A stretch of DNA of 64,000 nt, taken from positions 388,851 through 452,850 of the forward strand of contig CAVRKB010000007.1 in assembly GCA_963721545.1 (NCBI GenBank). Reading direction: 5' to 3'. Shown here in pieces: positions 50,077-59,717 of this stretch. This stretch comes from an uncultured Chloroflexia bacterium. Lineage in GTDB: Bacteria; Chloroflexota; Limnocylindria; Limnocylindrales; CSP1-4. Position 1 is the stretch's first letter, and each line of letters starts with the position of its first letter. A program made the translations under genes and the position numbers. The notes under the pieces are model-generated. The model had not been told where the DNA came from, made no database searches, and saw nothing but the letters and a program-made list of their open reading frames with translations.

Positions 50077-51392
50077 ATGACGACCATCTCCATCACCGAA
50101 CTGCGCGACCGGATCGACGATCCGACCCTGACCATCGTCGACGTCCGGCCGCTGACCGCCTACAACGGCTGGCGGCTCGACGGCGAAGCGCGCGGCGGCC
50201 ACATCCCGGGCGCCCGTGCGTTTCCGGCCGCCTGGCTGCGCAGCGTCGACGAGGCCGAGATCGAGCGATTGCTCGACGAGAAGGGCGTCGTCGCCGGGCG
50301 CGACATCGTGATCTACGGGCACGGCGACGGACGACGTCACGGCCGTCGACGGCCCGCCTCCATCACCTCGGCATCGACACCGTCCGCTCGCTCGACGGTG
50401 GCTCCCGGGCCTGGGCGGCCGATCCCGAGCTCCCGCTCGACAAGCTCGCCCACCACGACAAGCTGGTCCACATCGACTGGCTCCGCGACGTCCTCGACGG
50501 CGGCCGGCCGGAAGCGGCGCCGGCTGGTGCCTTCCGCCTGTTCCACGTCAACTTCGGCGTCCCCGAGGAGTACGCCGAGGGCCACATCCCCGGCGCCTTC
50601 TACCTCGACACCAACTGGCTCGAGAACCCGGTCGACTGGAACCGCCGCTCGCCGGCGGAGATCGACGCCGCGCTCCGCCGCCTGGGCATCACCCGCGACA
50701 CGACGGTCGTCCTCTACGGCCGCGACACGGAGGGTCACGCCAACGAGAAGTGGCCGGGACGGCGGGCCGGGCAGATCGCGGCCACCCGGGCGCTGATGAT
50801 CCTGCGCTATGCCGGGGTGGACGACGTCCGCCTGCTCGACGGCGGCTACGACTGGTGGGTCCGCGCCGGCAACCCGCTCGAGCTGATCGTGCGCGAGCCC
50901 GAGCCGGTCGAGGCGTTCGGCGCCACCGTGCCGCTCCGCCCGGAGGTCATCGTCGACATCGACGAGGCCAAGCAGATCATCGCCGACCCGGACGGGGCGG
51001 CCCTGGTCAGCGTCCGCACCTGGCGCGAGCACATCGGCCAGGTGAGCGGCTACAACTACATCGGGCCGGCCGGCCGGATCAAGGGCGACGTCTGGGGCAA
51101 CTGCGGCACCGACGCGTACCACATGCAGCACTACCGCAACGTGGACAACACGATGCGCGCCTACCCGGAGATCACGGCGAACTGGGCCGAGGCCGGGATC
51201 ACCCCGGACAAGTGGGTCGCGTTCTACTGCGGCACCGGCTGGCGGGCGAGCGAGACCTGGTTCTACGCCTACCTCCAGGACTGGCAGCGGATCGCGGTCT
51301 ACGACGGCGGCTGGTTCGAGTGGAGCCAGGACCCGCACAGCAATCCGATCGAGATCGGTGAGCCGCTCGAGGCGCTGGCGACGCCGGCCTGA
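50077..51392 (+). CDS. Multi-domain rhodanese (thiosulfate/3-mercaptopyruvate-type) sulfurtransferase (two +1 breaks near 50327 and 50350)
   Basis: ATG 50077 follows GAAGGA. Three rhodanese-like modules (...IVDVRPLTAYNGWRL...GHIPGA; ...FRLFHVNFG.PEEYAEGHIPGA; ...LVSVRTWREHIG). The active-site loop FYCGTGWRASE is in the last module. Confidence 0.85.
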
Positions 51393-51484
51393 TCGCAACG
51401 CGCCCGATACGCTCGGGCGCTCCGTCGTTACACGCGCACCGGTCCAGAGCGGGCTATGGTGACATCGCTCGAAGGAGCCACGAA

Positions 51485-51534
51485 CATCTAGTGATCTGAC
51501 CGTTGTTTACATCGGTTTGGAGCATCTAGTGATC
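51485..51534 (+). repeat. Direct repeat of the 12-mer CATCTAGTGATC (starts 38 bp apart) in the AT-richer region upstream of the serine hydrolase gene
   Basis: Read directly: 51485-51496 and 51523-51534 are identical. They lie between a TATGGT -10-like hexamer (51455) and ATG 51600. Possible operator sites. Confidence 0.5.
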
Positions 51535-51599
51535 GCCGGTTCCTTCGGGCGTTTTCGTGCCCGGCGCGCAGCCAGCCCCGTTCGGTACCATCGCCCGAG

Positions 51600-53412
51600 A
51601 TGGATCGACTCCGGGAGGACACGCTGGCCGCCGTCGACGCCGTGTTCGACCGGTTCTCGGCGCGGGCCGTCGTACCGGGATTCGCCTGGGGCATCGTCGC
51701 CGACGGGGTCCTCGTCCACGCCGGTGGGTCCGGGACGCGACGGGTGGGGGAGGACCTGCGGCCCGACGAGGACAGCGTCTTCCGCATCGCCTCGATGACC
51801 AAGAGCTTCACCGCGGCGACCGTCCTGCTGCTTCGCGACGACGGCCTGCTCGGCCTCGACGATCCTGTCGCGCGACTGGCTGCCGGACGTGGACCTGCGC
51901 GGACCGACCGCCGATTCGCCGGCGATCACGATCCGCCACCTGCTGACGATGTCGGCCGGGCTGCCGACCGACGATCCGTGGGGAGACCGCCAGCAGGGCC
52001 TCGACCTCGACCGCTTCGCCGAGCTGCTGCGCGGTGGGTTCAGCTTCGCCTGGACGCCGGGAACGCGGTTCGAGTACTCGAACCTCGGCTACGGGATCCT
52101 CGGCCGGATCGTGACCCGAGTCGCGGGGATGGAGTATCGCGACGTCGTCCGGACGCGCCTGCTCGAGCCGCTCGGGATGACGCGCCACGACCTACCTTCC
52201 GGAGGACGTCGCGGCCGACCGCCTTGCGCTCGGCTACGTGCGCCGTGACGACGCCTGGATCGAGGAGCCGATCGACCCGTACGGCGCCCTGGCCGCGATG
52301 GGCGGCATCCTGACCTCCGTCCGCGACCTCGCCCGCTGGGTGGCCGAGTTCACCGACGCCATGCCGCCGCGCGACGATCCGGAGACCGGCCACCCGCTTC
52401 GCCGGGCGAGCCGGCGCGAGATGCAGCAGGTCCACCGGCCGGAGGGCGCCGAGCTGCGTCGGTCGTCGAGCGACGCCGCGCCCGAGCTTGCCTGCGCCGG
52501 CCTACGGCTACGGCCTGTCGATCTGGGAGGACCTGCGGATCGGCCGGATCGTGGGCCACGGGGGTGGCTACCCCGGCTTCGGGTCGCACATGCGCTGGCA
52601 TCCGGCGTCGGGCCTCGGCGTCGTCGGCGTCGGGAACGCCCGCTACGCGCCGGTCTACCTGCCGGTCCGCGAGGCGCTCGCCCTGCTGGTCGAGCGCGAG
52701 CCGGCGCATGGTCCGCCGGATCCGTCCGTGGCCGGCCACCATCGAGGCCCGCGCCGGCGTCGAGCGGCTGCTGGCGGACTGGGACGACGAGCTGGCCGAG
52801 CGGCTGTTTGCGATGAACGTCGACCTCGACGAGCCGCTCGAGCGGCGGCGGGCGACCTTCGAGCGGCTCCGCGGCGTGCACGGGACGCTGCGACCCGATC
52901 CGGACGCCGAGCCCGAGTCGGGGACCCCCGCGCACCTGTCGTGGTGGCTGGTCGGGGAGCGGGGTCGCGTCGGCGTGGACATCCTGCTCGACCCCGAGCT
53001 TCCGCCGCGCGTCCAGCGGCTGACCCTCATCTCCGTGCCCGAGCCGCCGGCCGCGCTGGCCGCGATCGCCGCGCGGATCGTCGAGCTGCTCGGAGCGCCA
53101 GGCCCGACCTGGCCCGCCGACCTGGCGCTGGCCGACACGGTCGACACGGTGGCGCTGGGGCGGGCGCTGCGTGCGGCCGAGGCCGGCTGGGGTCCGGTCA
53201 CGCTCGGCCCCGTCGTGTCCGGGGACGGCGATGCCGCCGCGACGTGGCGGCTCAGCGGGCGTCAGGGCCTGCTCGACCTCGAGCTCGAGCGCGACCGGGT
53301 GAGCGGGGCGCTGACGCGCGTGGCGTTCGTGCCCCGGCCCCTCTCGGTGGTGGGCCAGGCGGATGACCTGACGGGACCGCCGAGGGTCCGGCGTCCGCTC
53401 AGGGGATCCTGA
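51600..53412 (+). CDS. Beta-lactamase-fold serine hydrolase (class C/PBP-like) with a long C-terminal domain (four +1 breaks near 51875, 52215, 52480, 52715)
   Basis: SxxK motif FRIASMTKSF, then YSN in FEYSNLGYGILG, then ...GHGGGYPGF. The ~230-aa C-terminal region is of unknown function. The pieces are in ORFs 51600.., 51889.., 52238.., 52488.. and 52564..53412. Confidence 0.8.
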
Positions 53413-54806
53413 CCCGGCTGAAGTTGGTCCCGTTGTAGCGATTGAGGTCCACGCGGCCGCTGATGCCCGGCACCGAGCCGTCCGACGTGTACTGCCAGAA
53501 CGTCCAGCCGTCGCCGCCCCAGGCGCCGCCCGGCACGATCGGCGTGGTGGCGGTGGTCCAGTGGGCGACCCACAGGACGTCGTAGCCGTTGTCCGAGAAC
53601 CAGGTCGTGTCGCCCATGTTGGTCCGCCAGAAGTTCGGCGAGCAGTAGATGACGCCCTGAACCCCGGTCCGCTCATAGATGCGGGCCATGTACTCCTGGA
53701 CCCAGGCGATCAGCTTGTTCTGGCCGAGACCGCCGGTCCGCTCGAGATCCAGGACCGGCAGCAGGTCACCGGAGGCGGGGGTGGCCGTGTCGAGGAAGTG
53801 ATCGGCCTGGGCCGTCGCTGAGCCGATGGTGGCGTTGGGCTGGGAGAAGTGGTACGCACCGACCAGCAGGCCGTTCGCGTTGGCCTGGGCGCGGTTCGTC
53901 GCGTACGTCGGATCGACGTACCAGGTGTCCTCGGACGCCTTCATGTACGCGAAGCGCTTGCCCGCGGCGGCGACCTTGGTCCAGTTGATCGTGCCCTGCC
54001 AGTGGCTGATGTCGATGCCCTCGGTCGTGCCCGGCAAGGGTGTCGGAAGCGGCGTGGGCGTCGGCGTCGGGGCGGCGGTCGGCGTCGGGGTCGGCGTCGT
54101 CGAGCCGGACGGCGTGGGCGTCGGCGTCGGGGCCTCCTGGGTCGTGACCGTCGCCTTGAACAGGCCGCTCGCGGCATACACGGCGCCCACGCCGTAGAGC
54201 GTCTGGACGCTCGTGCCGTCGACGGCCGTGATCCGGTACCACGACGACCCGGACACGGCGGCCCCGGCACACGTCGTATTCCAGCCGCCGCCACTCACCG
54301 TGGCCGCGATGGACACGCGGGTGTTGACGTCGATGATGCCCTCGCGGGTCGCATCGGTGGAGGGGCTCGTCCGGAGACGGACGCTGCAGGCGGCGTACTT
54401 GGTCACGATCGGCGGCGCAACCGCCTTGAACAGCTTCCGTGCGGCGTAGACGTAGCGCACGCCGTACAACGACTTGACGCTCTTGCCGTTGATCGCGCTG
54501 ATCCGCCACCATCCGTGCCCCGAGAGGGCCTCGCCGGCACAGCGGGCCTTCCACTTGCCACCCGACACGCTCGTGGTGACGGTGACCCTGGTGCCCTTGC
54601 TGACGGTCCCCTTGAGCTTCGCCGTCGTCCACGGATTGACCCGAAGGTTGGCGCCGCAGGCGGCGACCTTCGTGCTCGAGGCGCCGAGCACGGCACCTGG
54701 GTTCGCCACCGCGGAGACGGTGAACAGGAACATCGGCACTGAGCAACGCCACGGCGACGAAGGCGAGCGACGGTCGAGCGTGCGGACGGGTGATGACGTG
54801 AGGCAA
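53399..54806 (-). CDS. Secreted GH25 muramidase (lysozyme) with two N-terminal ~80-aa Cys-containing beta-rich repeats and a Thr/Pro linker (one frame break near 54735)
   Basis: C-terminal GH25 signature GIDISHWQG.INW..V...G..FAYMKASE...YVDP.....R..A...GLLVGAYHF. Duplicated module: ACGANLRVNPW...GHGWWRISAINGKSV and ACSVRLRTSPS...GSSWYRITAVDGTSV. The signal peptide ...RPSLAFVAVALLSA is in a neighbouring frame, with a probable TTG start at 54806. Confidence 0.8.
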
Positions 54807-54951
54807 GGGGGATACCTCGTGTGGCAGGGACCCGGAGCATCCCTGACCCATCCAGACCGGACAATCACCCCATAGGGCCACTGGTGACCAGCCCCGATGG
54901 ACCAGTCACCGCTGGTCCCGTGCGCGCCGTTACCTTACATGCCAGCCCGGG

Positions 54952-55881
54952 TCAGGTCAGGATTTCGACCGTGTCGCCGTCGACGACCTCGTGCTCACGG
55001 CCCACGCGTTGACCGTCGAAGCGCGCGGACGGCCCCCACACCCGCGCGCCGCTGAATGCGGCCGCCAGGTCGTGATGGACCCAGTCGGCGACGTCGGTCA
55101 CGGTCGCCCCGGGCTCGAGCGCGAGGGGCTCGGGATCGACGCTGCCGTCCTTTCGCAGCCGGACGCGGATCAGGCCGGTCAGCGCCCAGACCGCGTCGCG
55201 GAACGCTTCGAGCGACGCCTCGTCGAGCACCGAGACCGCGATCACCGGGAGGGTGGGGAACTGCCGTCGGAGCCCGACGATGGCATCGAGGGGGGCCTCG
55301 TCGGCGCGCGTCGCGGCGAGGATGGCCGGCTTGTCGATGCCGGCCAGGGCGATCTCCGCGAGGACGGTCTCGAGCTCGGCCGGATCGCCGCCCGCGCGGC
55401 AGCAGTAGACGATCGCGTCGACCGTGCGCAGGACGCCCAGTAGCGCCCGGCCGCCGCCCCGATCGTCCGTGGCGCCGCCGATCAGACCCGGGATCTCGAC
55501 CAGCTGGACGAGCACGCCGCCGATCCGGGTGAGCGCCGGCACCGGCCGGAGCGTGGTGAACGGATAGTCGCCCGTCTTGATCTGGATCTCGGACAGGGCC
55601 TGCAGCAGCGACGACTTGCCGACGTTGGGCGGCCCAACGAGCGCGACCTGGGCCGCGCCCTCGCGCCGGACGGCGATCGAATCCCGGTGGACGGCGCTCG
55701 AGCGGACGCGCGTGTCGTCGATCTCCGCCAGCAGCCACTTGCGCAGGTCGGCGTATGGCCCGTTCTTGTAGTCCGGGAGCTCGGCCAGGAGCGAGTTGAC
55801 CTCGCGGATCCGCTCCCGTCCCTCCTTGCCCGTCAGTCGTCGCTTCGCCACCTGGGCGAACGTGCGATGCGGCATCGGCAT
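54952..55881 (-). CDS. DRG/Obg-like GTPase with a C-terminal TGS domain and non-canonical G3/G4 motifs
   Basis: G1 is GPPNVGKSS, G2 is YPFTT, G3 reads VEIPGL (DxxG expected) and G4 reads ATRAD (NKxD expected). TGS-like end: GATVTDVADWVHHDLAAAFSGARVWG.SARFDGQRVGREHEVVDGDTVEI. Start chosen 6 nt after GAAGGAG. Confidence 0.75.
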   Translation of the reverse strand: MPMPHRTFAQVAKRRLTGKEGRERIREVNSLLAELPDYKNGPYADLRKWLLAEIDDTRVRSSAVHRDSIAVRREGAAQVALVGPPNVGKSSLLQALSEIQIKTGDYPFTTLRPVPALTRIGGVLVQLVEIPGLIGGATDDRGGGRALLGVLRTVDAIVYCCRAGGDPAELETVLAEIALAGIDKPAILAATRADEAPLDAIVGLRRQFPTLPVIAVSVLDEASLEAFRDAVWALTGLIRVRLRKDGSVDPEPLALEPGATVTDVADWVHHDLAAAFSGARVWGPSARFDGQRVGREHEVVDGDTVEILT

Positions 55882-55948
55882 CGTCATCTCCTTCGCTCTG
55901 GCGGGCGGCGGCGCGCGCAACCACGGCAGCGGTCGCGCGCGCGTCCGT

Positions 55949-55987
55949 CCCGCCCCTTCCTCCGACGCGTGAGCTGGAAGGGGCGGG
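55949..55987 (-). terminator. Perfect 12-bp hairpin downstream of the YdeI-like gene
   Basis: CCCGCCCCTTCC / GGAAGGGGCGGG inverted repeat with a 15-nt loop, between the ydeI-like stop (56110) and the GTPase start (55881). No U-tract. Confidence 0.35.
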
Positions 55988-56109
55988 TCAGCCGTTCCTG
56001 TTGGAGATGGTGGCCAGCCAGGCGTCGCGTGGACGCCGGCCGAGGGGTGTGCTCATGTCGCGGGCAGGGTACACGGCCGGCGACGACGGCGAGGTCATGA
56101 TCGCGTCGC

Positions 56110-56550
56110 TCAGCCGGCGCGGAGGGTCTCGATCGCCTTGTCGACCCGGCGCTGGCGCGTCTCGGGTGTCTTCGCGGCGTCGATCGGCTCCACGATCCGG
56201 CGCTGGTTGCTGTACGACAGCTTGTCGAGGGCCGCCCGCGCGGCCGGATCGGCGGCAAGCAGGGCCTCGAGCTCGGCCGGGATGGCGACCTTGCGCGGCT
56301 CGGTGTCGAGCTCGAGCGTGACGTCGACCTCCTCGCCGGCGGCGACGCCGGCTGCCTGTCGAACGTCGTTGCTGACACCGATCATGAACACGCCGTTGAC
56401 CGTGGCCACGGTGCTGCGGTACTGGTAGCCGTTGATCGTCACCTTGACCGCCGGCTTGCGACTCGTGCCGAGCGCGTCGACGACGGCCACGGGGATCTCG
56501 ATCCCGGTCGCTGTCTTGCCGCCCGACAGGATCGTCGTCCGAAACTGCAT
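56110..56550 (-). CDS. DUF1905 plus YdeI/OmpD-associated domain protein
   Basis: 146 aa: MQFRTTILSGGKTATGIEIP..VV.ALG...KP.VKVTINGY.YRSTVA...G.FMI.VS...R...GV..G..V.V.LE.D....V..P..L...L. Followed by ...LSYS.QR..V..I..AKT.ETR.RR..K.I. Confidence 0.7.
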   Translation of the reverse strand: MQFRTTILSGGKTATGIEIPVAVVDALGTSRKPAVKVTINGYQYRSTVATVNGVFMIGVSNDVRQAAGVAAGEEVDVTLELDTEPRKVAIPAELEALLAADPAARAALDKLSYSNQRRIVEPIDAAKTPETRQRRVDKAIETLRAG

Positions 56551-56591
56551 GGCCCGAGTATGGACCGTCTGGGCGCCGCTATCCTTCGCGG

Positions 56592-57623
56592 GTGGCCGAG
56601 CGGACCCTGACCCAGCAGGACCTCAACCGGGCCCTGCTGGCGCGCCAGCTCCTGCTCGAACGGGCGTCGATGTCGATCCCCGAAGCGCTCGAGCAGGTCG
56701 GCGGCCTCCAGACGCAGTACGCCCCATCGGGGTATGTCGGCCTGTGGACGCGACTGGCGGGCGTCCGGCGCGATGCGCTGACCGACGACCTCGAGACCGG
56801 ACGGGTGATCCAGGCCACGCTCCTGCGGGTGACCATCCACCTCGTCTCGCGACGGGAGTTCTGGCCGTACGCGATGGGCGTGCGCCAGGCCCGCCGGGCG
56901 TTGGTCATGCGGACACCGATCCTGGCTGCCACCGAGCCGGAGATGGTCGAGCGAGCGGAGCGGCTGCGCGTTGCCCTGGCGGACGGGCCACGGACGGTCA
57001 AGGAGCTCGGCGAGCTCGGTGCCGGGTTCGTCGGCAACCTCGGGCTGTGGGTCGACCTCGTGCGGGTGCCGCCATCGGGCACCTGGGAGCGGCGGCGAGC
57101 CGACCGGCTGGCGCTGGCCGAGCAGTGGATCGGACCGAGCGACACGACCGAGGAGGAGGGTCTCCGACACCTCGTCCGCGCCTACCTCCGCGCGTTCGGG
57201 CCGGCCGCCTGGAAGGACATCGCGTCGTGGGCCGGCATCTCGGCGAGCGACGCCAGACGGGCCGGCTCGGAGCTCGACCTCGTCACCTTCCGCGACGAGG
57301 CGGGACGGCCGCTGGTCGATCTCGCCGGCGAGCCGTTGCCCGACGCCGGCGTGCCAGCGCCGGTGCGCTTCCTGCCCCATTGGGATGCCAACCTGCTCGT
57401 CCATGCGCGGCGGACGGGCATCCTGCCCGAGCCGTTCCGGCCGCGGGTCTTCAGCACGAAGAACCCGTTCTCGGTCGGGACGTACCTCGTCGACGGGTCC
57501 GTGGCGGGCGCCTGGTCGATCCGGGAGGGTCGCGTCGAGCTCGAGCCGTATCGGGAGCTCGGCGCACGCGATCGGCGGGACGTGGACGACGAGCGCGAGG
57601 CCCTCGAGGCGTTCGTCGCCTGA
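56592..57623 (+). CDS. Winged-helix DNA glycosylase-like protein, AlkZ/YcaQ (DUF1006) family, copy 2 (intact)
   Basis: GTG 56592: LNRALLARQLLLERA...VGGLQTQYAPSGYVGLWTRL....R..L.......GRVIQATLLRVTIHLVS...RFLPHWDANLLVHA...GAWSIREGRVEL. Confidence 0.8.
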   Translation: MAERTLTQQDLNRALLARQLLLERASMSIPEALEQVGGLQTQYAPSGYVGLWTRLAGVRRDALTDDLETGRVIQATLLRVTIHLVSRREFWPYAMGVRQARRALVMRTPILAATEPEMVERAERLRVALADGPRTVKELGELGAGFVGNLGLWVDLVRVPPSGTWERRRADRLALAEQWIGPSDTTEEEGLRHLVRAYLRAFGPAAWKDIASWAGISASDARRAGSELDLVTFRDEAGRPLVDLAGEPLPDAGVPAPVRFLPHWDANLLVHARRTGILPEPFRPRVFSTKNPFSVGTYLVDGSVAGAWSIREGRVELEPYRELGARDRRDVDDEREALEAFVA

Positions 57624-57640
57624 TCGGCTGAACGCGTCGG

Positions 57641-58750
57641 TCAGGCGTTTGCCGGCTGCGGCGTCCGTCGCCGCGGCTTGCGTGGCGCGCGTCGGATGGC
57701 CAGGAGCGTGACGTCGTCGGCGTTGGGCTGCTCGGCCTGGAAGTCGTGGTACGCCCCGCACACGGCGTCGACCACTTCGGCGGCCGTACCGCCGCGGGCG
57801 GCTTCGACGGCTTCGAGGAGCCGCTCGTCGCCGAAGCGCTCGCCCGACGATGCCTGGGCGTCGGTCACGCCATCCGTATAGAGCAGGACGAGGTCGCCCG
57901 GTGCGAGACGGATGGTCTGTTCCACGAGATCGAGCCGGGTGAACGCCCCGAGCAGCGGCCCGGATCCCTCGAGCCACGTGATCGGACCGCCGTCGGCCGG
58001 GACCAGCAGGGGCGGCTCGTGTCCCGCGTTCGCCAGATGGAGCAGCCCGCGGCGGAGCTCGACGGTCGCGCACAGGGCCGTGATGTAGAGCGCCGACCGA
58101 CGCTCCTCGACGAGGATCCGGTTGACCAGCTCGAGCGCACCCGCCGGCGTCCGGACGTTGTCGATCGCGGAGCGGAGGAGCGGTCGGGCGAACGCCATGA
58201 GGAGGGCCGCGGCGATGCCCTTGCCGGTCACGTCGGCGATGCACAGCGCAAACCGTCCAGATCGGCCGCGCATCCGGAACGCATCGAAGAAATCGCCGCC
58301 CACCTGGCGCGCCGCCTCGTAATGGTCGCCGAGCTCGTACCCCTCGATCATCGGCGGCACGATCGGGATGAAGCTGCGCTGGATGCGCCGCCCGAGGGCC
58401 AGCTCGGCGTCGAGGCGGGCCGCCGTGGCCGCGGCCTCGGCCTCCGCGGGCGCCGGCGCTGATGACGCCACGAGGGCCCCGGCTGCGGCCGCCAGCGCGC
58501 CCACGATCGCCTCGAGCAGCGGCCGGTCGGGCTCGCCGCGCCCGATGACATGGCCGACGATCTTGTCGCCGGACGCGATCCGTTGGCGAACGTCACTCAC
58601 CGCGGAGGGCGCGGCGTCCGAGCCCGCTGCCGCAATGCGCCGCCCTTCCAGGTCCTCGATCGTGATCGACACGCCCGATGCGGGGCTGCCGAATGGGTCG
58701 ACGATGGCCTGCAGGCGATCGGCGAGGGGCGTGAGCCGATCGGCGCTCAC
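57641..58750 (-). CDS. PP2C-family (SpoIIE/RsbU-like) serine phosphatase with an N-terminal sensor-like domain
   Basis: LGRRIQRSF.P......GYEL...Y.AARQVGGDFFD, CIADVTGKGIAAALLMA, NAGH.PPLL and LLYTDGVTD motifs are present. Confidence 0.85.
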   Translation of the reverse strand: MSADRLTPLADRLQAIVDPFGSPASGVSITIEDLEGRRIAAAGSDAAPSAVSDVRQRIASGDKIVGHVIGRGEPDRPLLEAIVGALAAAAGALVASSAPAPAEAEAAATAARLDAELALGRRIQRSFIPIVPPMIEGYELGDHYEAARQVGGDFFDAFRMRGRSGRFALCIADVTGKGIAAALLMAFARPLLRSAIDNVRTPAGALELVNRILVEERRSALYITALCATVELRRGLLHLANAGHEPPLLVPADGGPITWLEGSGPLLGAFTRLDLVEQTIRLAPGDLVLLYTDGVTDAQASSGERFGDERLLEAVEAARGGTAAEVVDAVCGAYHDFQAEQPNADDVTLLAIRRAPRKPRRRTPQPANA

Positions 58751-58767
58751 CGACCCGCCGGCACCGG

Positions 58768-59187
58768 TCAGAACGCCTGGATCCCGGTCGCTCGATCGGG
58801 ATGGATGTGGAACAAGCGGTCGAGCCCGGTCCGCTGCAGGACGCGTTCGACGGACGGCTGCGGCCCAGCCAGCTGGACGAGCGTCTGCGTTCCGCCACCC
58901 GCCACGTCGTGACCGAGCTCGTGCAGCGCGCCCCAGCCGGTCTCGGGGTCGAGCGGCGCCTTGCCATGAAAGATCCGCACGATCGAGCTGAGCGCAACGA
59001 GCCCCGAGCTGGCGAGGAAGGTCAAGTCGGTCAAGTCGAGCAGGAGGTTGCGTGACCCCGCCTCGTACAGGGCGTGCACGTCGTCCGTGAACTGCTCGAA
59101 GTTCGAGGCGTCGAGCTCGCCGTTCAGGGCCACGATCGTGATCGGGACTCGCCCGGTGGCCTCTTCGACCGAGGTGCTCAGCGCCAT
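58768..59187 (-). CDS. STAS-domain anti-sigma-factor antagonist (RsbV/SpoIIAA-like)
   Basis: ITIVALNGELDASNFEQF......Y.AGSRNLLLDLTDLTFLASSGLVAL. The conserved phosphorylatable Ser context is SSGL. An insertion precedes the last strand. Confidence 0.8.
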   Translation of the reverse strand: MALSTSVEEATGRVPITIVALNGELDASNFEQFTDDVHALYEAGSRNLLLDLTDLTFLASSGLVALSSIVRIFHGKAPLDPETGWGALHELGHDVAGGGTQTLVQLAGPQPSVERVLQRTGLDRLFHIHPDRATGIQAF

Positions 59188-59619
59188 CTAACCCTCCTTG
59201 CTGCGTTCGGCTGCCAACGAGCGGATCATCGTCAGTATGTTGCCGCCGCCCGGTCGCGGTCGATAGCTGAACCCGTCGGTCGATTCCCGGATGAGGTGGA
59301 TGCCCATGCCGCCGGGACGACGGTCGAGGGGCGGGATCGCCAGGTCCGGCTCCGGCACAGCCGTCGGATCGAAGGTGGGGGCCACGTCCTCGAGCGTGAT
59401 CACGCAGCGCCCATCCGCGATGTCGACGTCGACCTCCAGCCAGCCGTCCGTGCCGCGATAGCCGTGATTGATGACGTTAGTGGCCGCTTCGTCCACCGCC
59501 TGCACGACGTCGTCGAGGCACTCGGCCGGCGCCGCGGCCGCCGTGACCTGCTCGCGAACGAAACGCCGCACGTCCGAGAGCCGCTTCAGGTCGGCGTCGA
59601 CCCGAAGGTGCGCGCTCAC
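59188..59619 (-). CDS. Anti-sigma regulatory factor, RsbW/SpoIIAB-like serine kinase (HATPase_c)
   Basis: The N-box is EAATNVINHG and the G-box is GGMGIHLI. 143 aa. The stop is directly adjacent to the STAS gene start. Confidence 0.8.
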   Translation of the reverse strand: MSAHLRVDADLKRLSDVRRFVREQVTAAAAPAECLDDVVQAVDEAATNVINHGYRGTDGWLEVDVDIADGRCVITLEDVAPTFDPTAVPEPDLAIPPLDRRPGGMGIHLIRESTDGFSYRPRPGGGNILTMIRSLAAERSKEG

Positions 59620-59717
59620 GTTGAGCTGGGCTCGTTGGGTGGCCGCGATCGGGTCGTCATCGGAACGCGATGGTAGAGGACGAGGGCTCGCGACGGTTGG
59701 TCGACGCGAACGGCCGG

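Noticed and set aside
53399-54868. The GH25 lysozyme as a marker of a prophage or mobile element.
   Set aside because: The flanks contain no integrase, terminase, capsid, tail or holin genes, no att-like repeats and no tRNA. Codon bias is native.
56001-56321. 106-aa plus-strand ORF in and beyond the GTPase/YdeI spacer.
   Set aside because: It overlaps the well-supported minus-strand YdeI-like gene. Its product is Arg/Ala/Gly-rich without motifs, and the spacer is better explained by the 12-bp hairpin at 55949-55987.
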